Assembly (NCBI GenBank): GCA_021781705.1
Contig: JAJXWI010000004.1
Coordinates: 6,010 to 70,009 of the forward strand
DNA: 64,000 nucleotides
Origin: a bacterium
GTDB lineage: Bacteria > Verrucomicrobiota > Lentisphaeria > Victivallales > GWF2-38-69
Direction of reading: 5' to 3'
Part shown: positions 38,810-48,300 of the stretch, piece after piece
Numbering within the stretch: position 1 is the first letter of the stretch
How the letters are laid out: each line of letters begins with the position of its first letter
Translations under genes and position numbers: made by a program
The notes under the pieces: generated by a model
The model's database searches: none
Seen by the model: the letters and a program-made list of their open reading frames with translations, nothing else
What the model was told of the DNA's origin: nothing

Positions 38810-40018
38810 TCATTTAATATTCAGAAGCAATTTTATTAACTCGTTGTTTTTCATTAGACCTAAAGATCCTTTTTCTGCTTCTTTTTCAGAATAAGAGGTT
38901 ATGGAATCAGGAGAAACATAAGGGGAAATTATCGCCACCGGAACCGGAGTTCTGGTATGCTTCTTGAGCTTTACAGGAACAGGATGGTCTGGCAATAGGG
39001 CAAACGATATGTCGTTTCTTCCTTCAAGCGCAGAAAGCACAGGGCCGACTATTTTTGAGTCGTAATCTTCTATGGCCTTTAATTTTAATTTAAGATCTCC
39101 CATGTGAGAGCATTCATCTATCGCTTCAACGTGCAGATAAACAAAGTCATGATCCTCGAGGGCACTGACTGCGGCGTCAGCCTTCCCTTTATAATTTGTA
39201 TCAATAAACCCTGTAGCTCCCGGCACTTTTATCACATCCATTCCAGCGCAAATGCCAAGTCCGAATATTACATCCACAGCGCTAATAATTGCACCTTTTT
39301 TCCCTTCATACAAATCTTTGAATTTCGGCAATGCCGGACTTTTACCCGGGCTGTGCACCCATATCGAGTTTGCCGGATTTTTAACACCCTTGTTTAAATG
39401 ATGTTTTGCCAAGAACTCGGCAGTTTTAGTTGTTATTTCTTTTATAAATTGAACCGTTATTTTTGCTTCAAAAGAATTATCTGTAAACATAGGATCAAGC
39501 TCTGAAAGTTTCATGCCCTGGCATGAATCGGGTTTCTGGCACTCTATATTTAAAGAAAACTCTTTTCCGTGCAACACCATTATATTTCTGTAGCTTACGC
39601 CGGAATGAAAAGTGACCTTGTCACTGCCAAAGTGCGCCTGAATATCTAACATCATAGCCTCAGCACTTTCATTTAGTACATGGCCGGCAGAATAATCTAC
39701 AAGTACCCCGTCTTTTGTATGAACTAAATTACACCTGAACGCAATATCATCCGGAGCAAGTTTGATTCCCTGGCTTACAGCTTCTATCGGTCCTCTTCCG
39801 GGATAGTATTTCGACAAGTCATATCCGAGGATAGACATGTTAGCTACATCTGAAGAAGTCGGAAATCCTTCCGGTAGTGAAAGGAAAAGGCCATTGGCCC
39901 CATTTTTGGCGATCTTGTCCATATTCGGAGTCTTCGCATATTCCAAAGGAGTCTTACCACCGAGTTCTGCCAATGGTTCATCTGCCATCCCATCTGCTAA
40001 AAACAAAATACTTTTCAT
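38810..40018 (-). CDS. apgM: cofactor-independent phosphoglycerate mutase (ApgM type)
   Basis: DGMADEP..GKTPL, SDVAN, GRGPIEA, HVEAIDECSH, PDHP. Confidence 0.9.
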   Translation of the reverse strand: MKSILFLADGMADEPLAELGGKTPLEYAKTPNMDKIAKNGANGLFLSLPEGFPTSSDVANMSILGYDLSKYYPGRGPIEAVSQGIKLAPDDIAFRCNLVHTKDGVLVDYSAGHVLNESAEAMMLDIQAHFGSDKVTFHSGVSYRNIMVLHGKEFSLNIECQKPDSCQGMKLSELDPMFTDNSFEAKITVQFIKEITTKTAEFLAKHHLNKGVKNPANSIWVHSPGKSPALPKFKDLYEGKKGAIISAVDVIFGLGICAGMDVIKVPGATGFIDTNYKGKADAAVSALEDHDFVYLHVEAIDECSHMGDLKLKLKAIEDYDSKIVGPVLSALEGRNDISFALLPDHPVPVKLKKHTRTPVPVAIISPYVSPDSITSYSEKEAEKGSLGLMKNNELIKLLLNIK

Positions 40019-40223
40019 AACAAGTTATCCTTCAAGTTATTCAATTGATTTAGATAAAACAACATCTAAGTATAAGCTGAATAAAGAAAAGTGCAATTGT
40101 AATAAGATTTGTAAAGTGTAATACTTCTGTGCAACCTACACGGGATGCGTTAAATATTCACTAAACTATGTATGTAAGTATTTAGCAAAGTACGTTATTA
40201 AATCAATCGGACAGATGGTGAAG

Positions 40224-40296
40224 ATTTTGAATTTTAAGTTTTAAAATTTGAGTTAAAAATACAACAATTCAACATTTAGAATTCAATATTCAAAAT
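40224..40296. repeat. inverted repeat built from degenerate heptamers
   Basis: ATTTTGA-ATTTTAA-GTTTTAA-AATTTGA...AATTCAA-CATTTAG-AATTCAA-TATTCAA; 31-bp arms, 24/31 complementary. Confidence 0.7.
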
Positions 40297-40346
40297 TTAT
40301 TCATAGGGGTGGTTTCTTATACATCTTCCTTGTATATATCCATGCT

Positions 40347-40382
40347 AAATAAAACGGGAGTTCTTTTTCAAGAACTCCCGTT
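40347..40382 (-). terminator. intrinsic terminator after APC permease
   Basis: Perfect AACGGGAGTTCT/AGAACTCCCGTT stem with T-rich tail on the minus strand. Confidence 0.85.
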
Positions 40383-40397
40383 GATGCCGTCTAAAAA

Positions 40398-41960
40398 TTA
40401 ATTATTATCTTTTTTGTAGTAACTATTGATTCCCCAAAAATAGAATATCAGGGACATAATGCATACGACCACATTATCCCAAAAAATTGGAATAAGTCCG
40501 ATTCCTCCGAACTCTTTGCTCCCTAAATATGAGCTGATAGCTGCGAAGATCAGGAACATTATTAACCATAAGCTTGATTTAAATTGTTTAAAGAGAGAGC
40601 CCCACCCTGCTTTATTTTGATAATATACATAAAATACAAATCCGCTAAGACCAAGAAGAATTACTTGTCCGGATAAAGGCCATGTCCCCCAGTGAAGAAA
40701 CAGTCCGCATATAACAAAAGCCACAGCGCATATAAAATTGGCGAACGGAAGCTTAAAGGGTCTTTCTGCGTTAGGGCGAGATTTTCTTAACGCCATGAGA
40801 GCTATAGGCCCGCTGATATAAGTAATTATTTCTGCGACAGACAATACAGCTGCAAATTGTTGCCAGCCTCTGAAGAAAAATAGGAATATGAAACATACGA
40901 TAAGGACAGTCCACAAGGCGCCTCTGGGTATTCCGTATTTTGGATTTAGTTTTCCCAGATATTTTGGCATCTGATTATTATGACTCATTCCATATAGCAT
41001 TCTTGACGTAGTTGTAAAATATGTAAGGCCTACTCCGCTGGGAGAGACAAAGACGTCAAGATAGATAAAGAGCAGGAGCACGTTCAAGTTCAGAGTAATT
41101 GCAAGTTGAGCGAAGGGCGATCCCATTGAAATTCCGCTCCACCCTTTTGCGAGATCTGAAGGAGAAAGAGCTCCGACAAATGCCACATGCAGGCCAAGAT
41201 ATATAATAAGGCAGAAAGCAATACTGCTAACAAGGGCGATTGGGATGTTTCTTCCGGGGTTTTTTACTTCGCCGGCAAGGTTGGCAGGTGTTTGAAATCC
41301 ATTAAACGCGTAAATTATCCCGCATGCTGGTATAGCTGTAAGAACAGCATCCCATCCGTATGGAGTGAGCGTATTATTTACCACTGTGAAATTTCTATCA
41401 TGAAAAGCGACAACAATGAGTGATATAATTGTAAAGAGCGGGGTAAATATTTTAAGACAAGTAATGTAAGACATGAATTTTATAAAAAACTTGAAAGACC
41501 AGTAGTTTAAAAGGAAATAAACGAGAAGTAACAGCGATGTTGCAAGTAGTCCGCTAGTAGTAAGGTCTCCGGTAGCGTTATCGAAAAGCCCTTTTGTCCA
41601 TGAGAAGTTCCATGATGAGAGGTATTGGATAGAAGCGAGCGCTTCTGTTGCAATTACAGGAGCTATGCCAAGAAAGTTTATCCATGCTGCAAAAAATCCG
41701 GCAAGCTCACCATGCGATTCATACATATAATGAACCATCCCTCCAGATTTCGGAAACATTGCGCCAAGTTCAGCTATCGTCAGGGCTATAATCATTACTG
41801 CCACGCCACATATTGTCCAAGAAAAAATAGCTCCTGGTCCTGCCATTTTTGCGGCGGCCCCTATCCCAAATAGCCATCCGGACCCGATTATACATACGAT
41901 GCCCGATAGGATAAGAGAAAATAGACCTATCACTCGTTTTGGTTCATTCTTATTTTCCAT
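40398..41960 (-). CDS. APC family amino acid permease (YveA-like)
   Basis: IIGSGWLFG, AELGAMFP.SGG, FNGFQ....AGE.KNP, SPSG motifs; about 14 TM. Confidence 0.9.
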   Translation of the reverse strand: MENKNEPKRVIGLFSLILSGIVCIIGSGWLFGIGAAAKMAGPGAIFSWTICGVAVMIIALTIAELGAMFPKSGGMVHYMYESHGELAGFFAAWINFLGIAPVIATEALASIQYLSSWNFSWTKGLFDNATGDLTTSGLLATSLLLLVYFLLNYWSFKFFIKFMSYITCLKIFTPLFTIISLIVVAFHDRNFTVVNNTLTPYGWDAVLTAIPACGIIYAFNGFQTPANLAGEVKNPGRNIPIALVSSIAFCLIIYLGLHVAFVGALSPSDLAKGWSGISMGSPFAQLAITLNLNVLLLFIYLDVFVSPSGVGLTYFTTTSRMLYGMSHNNQMPKYLGKLNPKYGIPRGALWTVLIVCFIFLFFFRGWQQFAAVLSVAEIITYISGPIALMALRKSRPNAERPFKLPFANFICAVAFVICGLFLHWGTWPLSGQVILLGLSGFVFYVYYQNKAGWGSLFKQFKSSLWLIMFLIFAAISSYLGSKEFGGIGLIPIFWDNVVVCIMSLIFYFWGINSYYKKDNN

Positions 41961-42015
41961 ACTTTTGTCCTTTTTTTTAAAATTCAATATTTTATTAATT
42001 CTACTGTAAAATTAA

Positions 42016-42333
42016 AAATAACAAAGCCCCGGGTAGATTTTTATCATAAATAGACCGAGTATGCCCATCTGTATTGTACCTAAATTCCCCCATTGCTATT
42101 CTGTCGACTATCTAATCACCACGTGAACCTTGCGAAATGCGTTCGTATCGTAACCACGTTTCTCTTTTGAATGGTGAAACTCTTATCCAGCTTATCGCTA
42201 CATTATACTTTTTCACTTTTTCATGATTTTTAATTTGTGTTTTTATTTATTTTTTTATTTCTTTGTGAAGGTTGTTCTCTTTCTTGAAAAATAATCCATA
42301 TTTTGCATAGTTATTTCGCATGCTTGGCAAGAA
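42016..42333 (-). promoter_or_regulatory. conserved non-coding leader, copy 2 (candidate cis-regulatory RNA)
   Basis: Homologous to 2165-2395 but with a longer structured core; directly upstream of the APC permease. Confidence 0.6.
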
Positions 42334-42543
42334 TTTTATGTGTTGTACTACATGAATATTAAAAAATCAAAAAAGAAGGGAGTACAGTTTTTGAAAAATG
42401 ATTAACTGTTTTAAGTGTTGAACCTTTGAGCTTGTAACTTTTTATAATTTAAGATAGAGTAACAAAAGTTATTTACTTTTGCCGGCTCCGGCCCTAATTT
42501 TGCAATGTTTTTGTTAATAATATTAAGTCTAAGGTATAAAGTT

Positions 42544-42942
42544 ATGAAAAAACTGGATCATATCGGAATCGCGGTTAAATCCATAGAAGAGGCTTTAAAG
42601 CTTTACTCGGGACTTTTGGGATATCAGTCAAAAGGGGAAGAAGTGCTTGAAACCAGGGGCATAAAAGTATGCTTTCTTGATGTTAATGGAACAAAGATAG
42701 AATTACTTCAGCCAGTAAGAGAAGATTCAGATATTTCAAAGTATCTCGAAAAGAAGGGCGAAGGCCTTCATCATCTCGCGTATAGCGTTGATAATGTTCA
42801 GGAAATGATAGACAAGGCTAAAGCAATGGGGCTTACGACGCTAAGCGATACGCCTAAACCAGGCGCGCATAATACTCTTATAGCTTTCATACATCCGAAA
42901 TCGGCAAATGGTGTCTTAACAGAACTTGTTCAACATAATTAA
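42544..42942 (+). CDS. mce: methylmalonyl-CoA epimerase
   Basis: LDHIGIAV, KIELL, GEGLHHLAY, FIHPK..NGVLTEL. Confidence 0.92.
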   Translation: MKKLDHIGIAVKSIEEALKLYSGLLGYQSKGEEVLETRGIKVCFLDVNGTKIELLQPVREDSDISKYLEKKGEGLHHLAYSVDNVQEMIDKAKAMGLTTLSDTPKPGAHNTLIAFIHPKSANGVLTELVQHN

Positions 42943-42956
42943 GGAGATTCTGAAGA

Positions 42957-44525
42957 ATGTCTAACTGTAATAATAACGATGCTCTCGGACATATACTTGA
43001 TGCACTTAAGGCCAGAGATCAAAAACTTGACCTCGCCGGAGGCGAAGCAGCTATAGAAAAACAGCACGCGCAGGGCAAGCTCACAGCAAGGGAAAGAATC
43101 CTGGCTTTGGTAGATGAGGGATCCTTTCAAGAGATAGATAAGTTTGTCAAGCATAGAGGTACATACTTCGGTTTGGATAAAAAAGAAATACCTTACGATG
43201 CGGTAGTTACTGGATTTGGGACTGTTAATGGGCAGAAAATTGCTGTTTTTTCCCAGGATTTTACAGTTCAGGCAGGTTCTCTCGGCGAAATGCACGCCAA
43301 GAAAATTATAAAGCTGCAGGATCTTGCGCTAAAATATAGCATTCCGATTATCGGAATAAACGACTCGGGCGGCGCCAGGATACAGGAAGGTGTAGATGCT
43401 TTGTTCGGGTACGGCGGGATTTTTCTTAGAAATACTCATGCTTCGGGTGTGATTCCACAGATTTCAATAATTTCAGGTCCGTGCGCCGGAGGAGCAGTTT
43501 ATTCTCCCGCTATTACTGACTTTATAATAATGGTAGATGAGATTTCTCAGATGTTTATAACCGGGCCGGCTGTCGTCAAGGCGGTTACCAATGAGGATAT
43601 AGACAAGGACGGGCTCGGAGGAGCAGTGATTCACAATAGCGTAAGCGGCGTTGCTCATTTCATAGCAAAGAGCGATGAAGACGCTATGAATTTGACAAGA
43701 AAGATTCTTTCTTATATTCCGTCGAACAATCAGTATAAAGTTGAAGATAGTGAATACGATGTCGACCAAAAACTTGACGAAAAAATTTATAATATAGTTC
43801 CGGTTGATCCTAAAAAAGCGTTTGATGTAAGAGATATTATAACTGTGGTTTTTGATTCTGGAACTTTTCTTGAAGTGCAGCCATATTTCGCCCAGAACAT
43901 AGTTGTAGGTTTTGCTAGAATTGCCGGAAAATCCGTCGGAATAATTGCAAATCAGCCGAATATTTTGGCCGGCGTACTGGATATTAACGCTTCGGATAAA
44001 TCCGCAAGATTTATCCGGTTCTGCGATGCGTTCAATATTCCGATTATCACATTTGTTGATACCCCTGGGTTTTTGCCCGGCGTAGGGCAGGAGCACAGCG
44101 GAGTAATCAGGCATGGAGCAAAACTGCTTTATGCTTATTCAGAAGCTTCCGTTCCTATGGTTTCCATTATTCTTAGAAAATCTTACGGCGGCGCTTACAT
44201 TGCAATGGCATCACAACACCTTGGTGCTGATTTTGTTTACGCATGGCCTGGCGCTGAAATTGCCGTGATGGGAGCTAATGGTGCCGCGAACATTATTTTT
44301 GCGAGGGAAATAGCCGGTTCTTCAAACCCTGAAGAAACGCGTGACGCAAAAATAGAGGAATACAAAAATAAGTTCAGTAATCCTTATATCGCGGCAGAAC
44401 GAGGCTATATCGAAGGCGTTATAGACCCTATAGACACAAGAAAAGTGATTATAAAAGCTCTTTCTTTCGCGGAAGATAAAGCTGAAATAAGACCCAAGAG
44501 AAAACATGGGAATATTCCTCTTTAA
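42957..44525 (+). CDS. acyl-CoA carboxyltransferase (MmdA/PccB type)
   Basis: GKLTARER, DSGGARIQEG, GPCAGGA, DTPGFLPG, RKSYGGAY, KHGNIPL. Confidence 0.95.
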   Translation: MSNCNNNDALGHILDALKARDQKLDLAGGEAAIEKQHAQGKLTARERILALVDEGSFQEIDKFVKHRGTYFGLDKKEIPYDAVVTGFGTVNGQKIAVFSQDFTVQAGSLGEMHAKKIIKLQDLALKYSIPIIGINDSGGARIQEGVDALFGYGGIFLRNTHASGVIPQISIISGPCAGGAVYSPAITDFIIMVDEISQMFITGPAVVKAVTNEDIDKDGLGGAVIHNSVSGVAHFIAKSDEDAMNLTRKILSYIPSNNQYKVEDSEYDVDQKLDEKIYNIVPVDPKKAFDVRDIITVVFDSGTFLEVQPYFAQNIVVGFARIAGKSVGIIANQPNILAGVLDINASDKSARFIRFCDAFNIPIITFVDTPGFLPGVGQEHSGVIRHGAKLLYAYSEASVPMVSIILRKSYGGAYIAMASQHLGADFVYAWPGAEIAVMGANGAANIIFAREIAGSSNPEETRDAKIEEYKNKFSNPYIAAERGYIEGVIDPIDTRKVIIKALSFAEDKAEIRPKRKHGNIPL

Positions 44526-44549
44526 ACTTAATTAAGGAGTTGTTAAGTT

Positions 44550-44702
44550 ATGAGTAAAGATAACATAAGACTTGACGAGGAAATTGTTGCGGTAATAACA
44601 GCAGCTGTCTCTGTTTATATGGGACACGAGAATTTTACGGTCAGGAGTATTAAGCCTTCTGTGCCGGAGCTAGGGAAATTAAAATTGAATACTGGGAATT
44701 AA
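44550..44702 (+). CDS. small delta/OadG-like subunit (50 aa, not in ORF track)
   Basis: AAGGAG RBS then MSKDNIRLDEEIVAVITAAVSVYMGHENFTVRSIKPS...; E(I/L)VAVI.AA motif; lies between carboxyltransferase and biotin carrier genes. Confidence 0.8.
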   Translation: MSKDNIRLDEEIVAVITAAVSVYMGHENFTVRSIKPSVPELGKLKLNTGN

Positions 44703-44730
44703 ATTTTGTTAATTAGAAAGGCGTTTTTAT

Positions 44731-45108
44731 ATGAAAGTGTTTAAAGTAAAAGTTAATAATACATCTTACGATGTGGAAGTTGAAGAAGTAAAATCCGGAA
44801 CTTCGTCCGTTCTGGCGGTTGGCGTGAAGCCGGCGCCAGTTACGGCAAATATTAAAAAAGTTGTATCTTCTAAGGGTAAAGTTGCGGGCGGCTCTTTTGT
44901 AATAAAGGCTCCGCTTCCTGGCTTGATCGTAGAAATTGCTGTTGAAACAGGGAAGGCCATAAAACAAGGCGAAAAAGTACTCGTGCTTGAGGCTATGAAA
45001 ATGGAAAATACAATTCTGTCTCCTGTTAGCGGGACTGTTGATAAAATAATTGTAAAAGTTGGAGAATCTGTTAACAGCAGTCAGGAAATGATTGTTATCA
45101 AAGCTTAA
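44731..45108 (+). CDS. biotin carboxyl carrier protein (MmdC-like)
   Basis: VKVNNTSYDVEVEE N-terminus, APLPG, EAMKMEN biotinylation motif. Confidence 0.93.
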   Translation: MKVFKVKVNNTSYDVEVEEVKSGTSSVLAVGVKPAPVTANIKKVVSSKGKVAGGSFVIKAPLPGLIVEIAVETGKAIKQGEKVLVLEAMKMENTILSPVSGTVDKIIVKVGESVNSSQEMIVIKA

Positions 45109-45144
45109 TTCTATGTTGTTTGCTTGGGAATTGGATATTCATGT

Positions 45145-45657
45145 ATGATCTTATCTAAAAGGTTCAAGAGAAAACTTAAAATATATTATTCCAAGCTTGT
45201 CAGATCCAAAGGTTCGATTCACAGCGTAGCGATGGGAATTGCTATTGGTACTTTTATGAGCGTAGCTATTCCTCTTGGTCAGATACTAATAGCCATTCCA
45301 TTGGCATTTATTTTCAAGGCCCACAGGGGTATGGCTATTTTGTTTACTTTTATTTCCAACCCGTATACTACGCCGATTTTATACCCTGTTGCTTGTCTCG
45401 TTGGAGCTAAAATGCTCGGCATAAGTTTGACTTTAGCTCAGGTGCAGTTGTCAGTTCATGAAGTTTTTTCTTCTTTTAGATTTCATGAGATTTCCGAAAT
45501 AGGCTGGGACCTTTTTATTTCGTTTATGATTGGCGGTCCGATTATTGGATTGGCTATGGCTGTTCCGGGATATTTCATATCTGTCCGTATTATTTTCGCG
45601 TACAGAAAAAGAAGAGATTATCACAGAATGCTAAAGAATCTTACTGGAAAAGAATAA
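45145..45657 (+). CDS. DUF2062 membrane protein
   Basis: SVAMGIAIG, PLGQ, FISNPYT motifs. Confidence 0.8.
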   Translation: MILSKRFKRKLKIYYSKLVRSKGSIHSVAMGIAIGTFMSVAIPLGQILIAIPLAFIFKAHRGMAILFTFISNPYTTPILYPVACLVGAKMLGISLTLAQVQLSVHEVFSSFRFHEISEIGWDLFISFMIGGPIIGLAMAVPGYFISVRIIFAYRKRRDYHRMLKNLTGKE

Positions 45658-45780
45658 AAGACGTCCTTTATGAGAACAAAGCCGATTTTCATCGGCTCCG
45701 GCGACAGGTCTAATTTTTCTGGAAGAAAAATTATTTAACATTGCTGAAATTGTTAACCAAAAATTGAGATTTTTGAGCTA

Positions 45781-46268
45781 CTATGGTGACAGCTGCCATT
45801 GAGAGTCATAATTATTTAAATAGAGTGCGTAGTTTACTTCGTGCTTGTAATAAATCATGTTTTGTGCATTATTGAATTTTTTCGTTTGTGCACCGATGTG
45901 CCAACTGATGATCTCTCTTGCTATGTCTGGTTTATCATCGTCGGTAGCTGTTACCCATTTGATCCCATCCTCAACCCCTCCAGAGGAATTTTTTCTGCGG
46001 TTTATTGGTGGTGGGGTAGGTTTTGTGAGGCTTTCGTATGCTTGACCAGCTAAATTTTGATCAGGGTAAAGTGTCTCGTTTTGGATACAATCATTGGAAT
46101 GCAGAATGTCTGATTCCCATGGGAAGTATATCTTTGCTTGATCGGCTGCATAGTTTACTCCCGCTGCGTAATATATAATATTTGTTTATTTCCTATTCTT
46201 TCCTGGTATTTAATCCATTGATTGATCTGAAAGGCTAGCAATTTTTTAGTGTCTTCATTTTGTTTGTC
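45781..46268 (-). pseudogene. frameshifted, start-less ORF of the YAAGxN-motif family
   Basis: 134 sense codons at 46185-45784 with no early ATG/GTG/TTG; plausible upstream part in another frame; motif shared with 28720..29367. Confidence 0.55.
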
Positions 46269-46341
46269 CTATCTTGGCGACTTTATTATTATATTAAGGA
46301 AGAGCTTACGAGTGTATCACACGCTCGAGGGTTCGAGCACG

Positions 46342-46521
46342 TTATACTATAGACAATTCATTTTTCAGCAAAAGATAAGAAGAACCATTAATCATAACGT
46401 CAAAATAATTAGGATTGTACCTGTTTCCATAAATCCCCATTATTATGCCTGTCTGGTTGTGAACTATTTTGTTTTGCTGATTTAGTGGTTTTACTTTTAC
46501 GAATCTATTAATTGTAAGCAC
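46342..46521 (-). CDS. small hypothetical protein (59 aa)
   Basis: AGGAGG followed by GTG at 46521; MLTINRFVKVKP...YFDVMINGSSYLLLKNELSIV. Confidence 0.65.
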   Translation of the reverse strand: MLTINRFVKVKPLNQQNKIVHNQTGIIMGIYGNRYNPNYFDVMINGSSYLLLKNELSIV

Positions 46522-46546
46522 GTTTCTCCTCCTAAAAGCTGGTTTG

Positions 46547-47023
46547 TTATTTTTCAAGCAACAGGTCTTTTGCCATTTCTCTGTTAGCTTTTTCATTCAT
46601 GTGTTCATTAATTTTGGTAAGCTCTTCTGTCCAGCGGTCTAGCCTCCAGATTTCTACTCCTATTTCACATCCGACAATCATTACTTCAGCCCCAGGTTTT
46701 ATACCGCTGAAATCACGGTACCCTTGCGGGATAGTTACTCGTCCCTGGGCAGAAATTCTCTCTGTTTGAGAGAATGATCCGAATCTTCTTAAATTCCTTC
46801 TATAAACTATGCTGGATGCAGCTTTTTCCGTCGGATTTAACTCGCCCTCTCTCATTTTGAGATAAACAGCTTCCGGATAGACTCCTATGGCTCCTTCGGG
46901 AAGACAGTGCAGAACAACCTCAAATCCTCCATTGTTCTCAAAATCATTGAGAACTCTCGGACTGAGTTTTATTCTGCCATTAGAATCTATCAGAGCTTTG
47001 TCTTGTCCACAAAAATGGAGCAT
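46547..47023 (-). CDS. mraZ: division/cell wall cluster transcriptional regulator MraZ
   Basis: Duplicated AbrB motifs IDSNGRIKL and ISAQGRVTIP; IVGC...VEIW. Confidence 0.88.
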   Translation of the reverse strand: MLHFCGQDKALIDSNGRIKLSPRVLNDFENNGGFEVVLHCLPEGAIGVYPEAVYLKMREGELNPTEKAASSIVYRRNLRRFGSFSQTERISAQGRVTIPQGYRDFSGIKPGAEVMIVGCEIGVEIWRLDRWTEELTKINEHMNEKANREMAKDLLLEK

Positions 47024-47030
47024 GTTTTTC

Positions 47031-47074
47031 TCCAGTTTATTCCATTACAATCCATTATATTCCAATATTTTCCT
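47031..47074 (-). promoter_or_regulatory. putative MraZ-binding direct repeats
   Basis: TCCA at 47031, 47041, 47051 and 47061, TCC at 47071: TGGA boxes with an exact 10-bp period just upstream of mraZ. Confidence 0.75.
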
Positions 47075-47308
47075 AAAAACAACGGTATAAATAACTCTTT
47101 GTTAGAAAAAATATGAAAAGCGCAGATTATCTTTTCAATAGAAGAGTCAAGGAATATAGATTGACTGCTAGAGTAGAACACATTCGCGGTTTGTCACCTG
47201 CTGTTCCACAAACTCATACTGTACGTTACTTAGCTACAAGTTAGCAAAAAATGGCAAAACAGCTGGAACTTGAAATTTAAGAACTTGTAAAGAAATCTTT
47301 AATAGAAA

Positions 47309-47983
47309 TCAGGGCGAGTTTTCCCCTTCAGATTTTGTATTAGTGCAAATAGAAATGAATTCATTGAAAGATTTTTTATATCTTACAAGATCATCCTGAT
47401 TGAAAGATTTAAAAATTCTATCCCTATATTTATTGATTGCGGGGGCAGCTTTTTGTATAAGCTCAGCAGTGTTTTGGCATATGCTCAGTTCGCTGTTGGT
47501 AAATATTTCGTCAACAGATTTAAGTTGAGAAGAAATTTCGCTGCCTATGAAATTACTAAGTTGTTTTTCTTCCTGAAATATGATCATTTCATGAGTAATG
47601 AGTGCATGCGCGGCCTGTATAGTATCTTTTAGGAGTAGAAGATATTGAGTGAGCGGGTCTTTCTTTCTTTCATAGTGCGATGGGAAAAAAGAGAGGGAAT
47701 GTCTTGCTTCTAATGCAATATTTAATAGTTTTAGCGTGGTCTTATATATATTCTTTCTTTCTTCCTGGTTTTTAGAAAATACATTACTGCTAAAAACACT
47801 TATGGCCTGGTCATATGCCGCATCAATTCGGCCGGTAAGTGCCGGGAGATTCAGATGGGACAGCGTACTGTCTTTTTCTTGAGACGCTGTTTTTTTATTG
47901 CCTAACGAGAAAATCATAAAATTCACTGCAAGTATTTGTGATATTTTCCTCTTTATTATACCTAAAAACGATTGAATGGTCAA
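47309..47983 (-). CDS. hypothetical protein
   Basis: 224-aa ORF, helical-looking; start uncertain. Confidence 0.6.
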   Translation of the reverse strand: MTIQSFLGIIKRKISQILAVNFMIFSLGNKKTASQEKDSTLSHLNLPALTGRIDAAYDQAISVFSSNVFSKNQEERKNIYKTTLKLLNIALEARHSLSFFPSHYERKKDPLTQYLLLLKDTIQAAHALITHEMIIFQEEKQLSNFIGSEISSQLKSVDEIFTNSELSICQNTAELIQKAAPAINKYRDRIFKSFNQDDLVRYKKSFNEFISICTNTKSEGENSP

Positions 47984-48300
47984 TGCTTTTTTGTATTTTT
48001 TTCAATGATGAGGTAAAATACATAAAAGTAGTCTTATTGAGAATTTACAAATGATCTAATACGGGAAGAGATAAAAATTAAGCGAATAAAAATCTCTATT
48101 TCTGAATAGATTAGGTAAAATATATGCGGAATTCGTGATAGTTGATTACTATAGTTAAATTTTTTCATAAAGTTGTTCGATTATAACCTCAGGATATTTT
48201 TGTTTGGCAATTGAAGTTTTTTGTTTTAGCCTTATTCTAATCGGGTTTAATTTTATACTTTTTGACTGTTATAAATAATTAATATAAAGGAGACTATCTA

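Noticed and set aside
45841-46053. Plus-strand ORFs of 70 and 62 aa
   Set aside because: Antisense to the better-supported minus-strand frame 45781-46185
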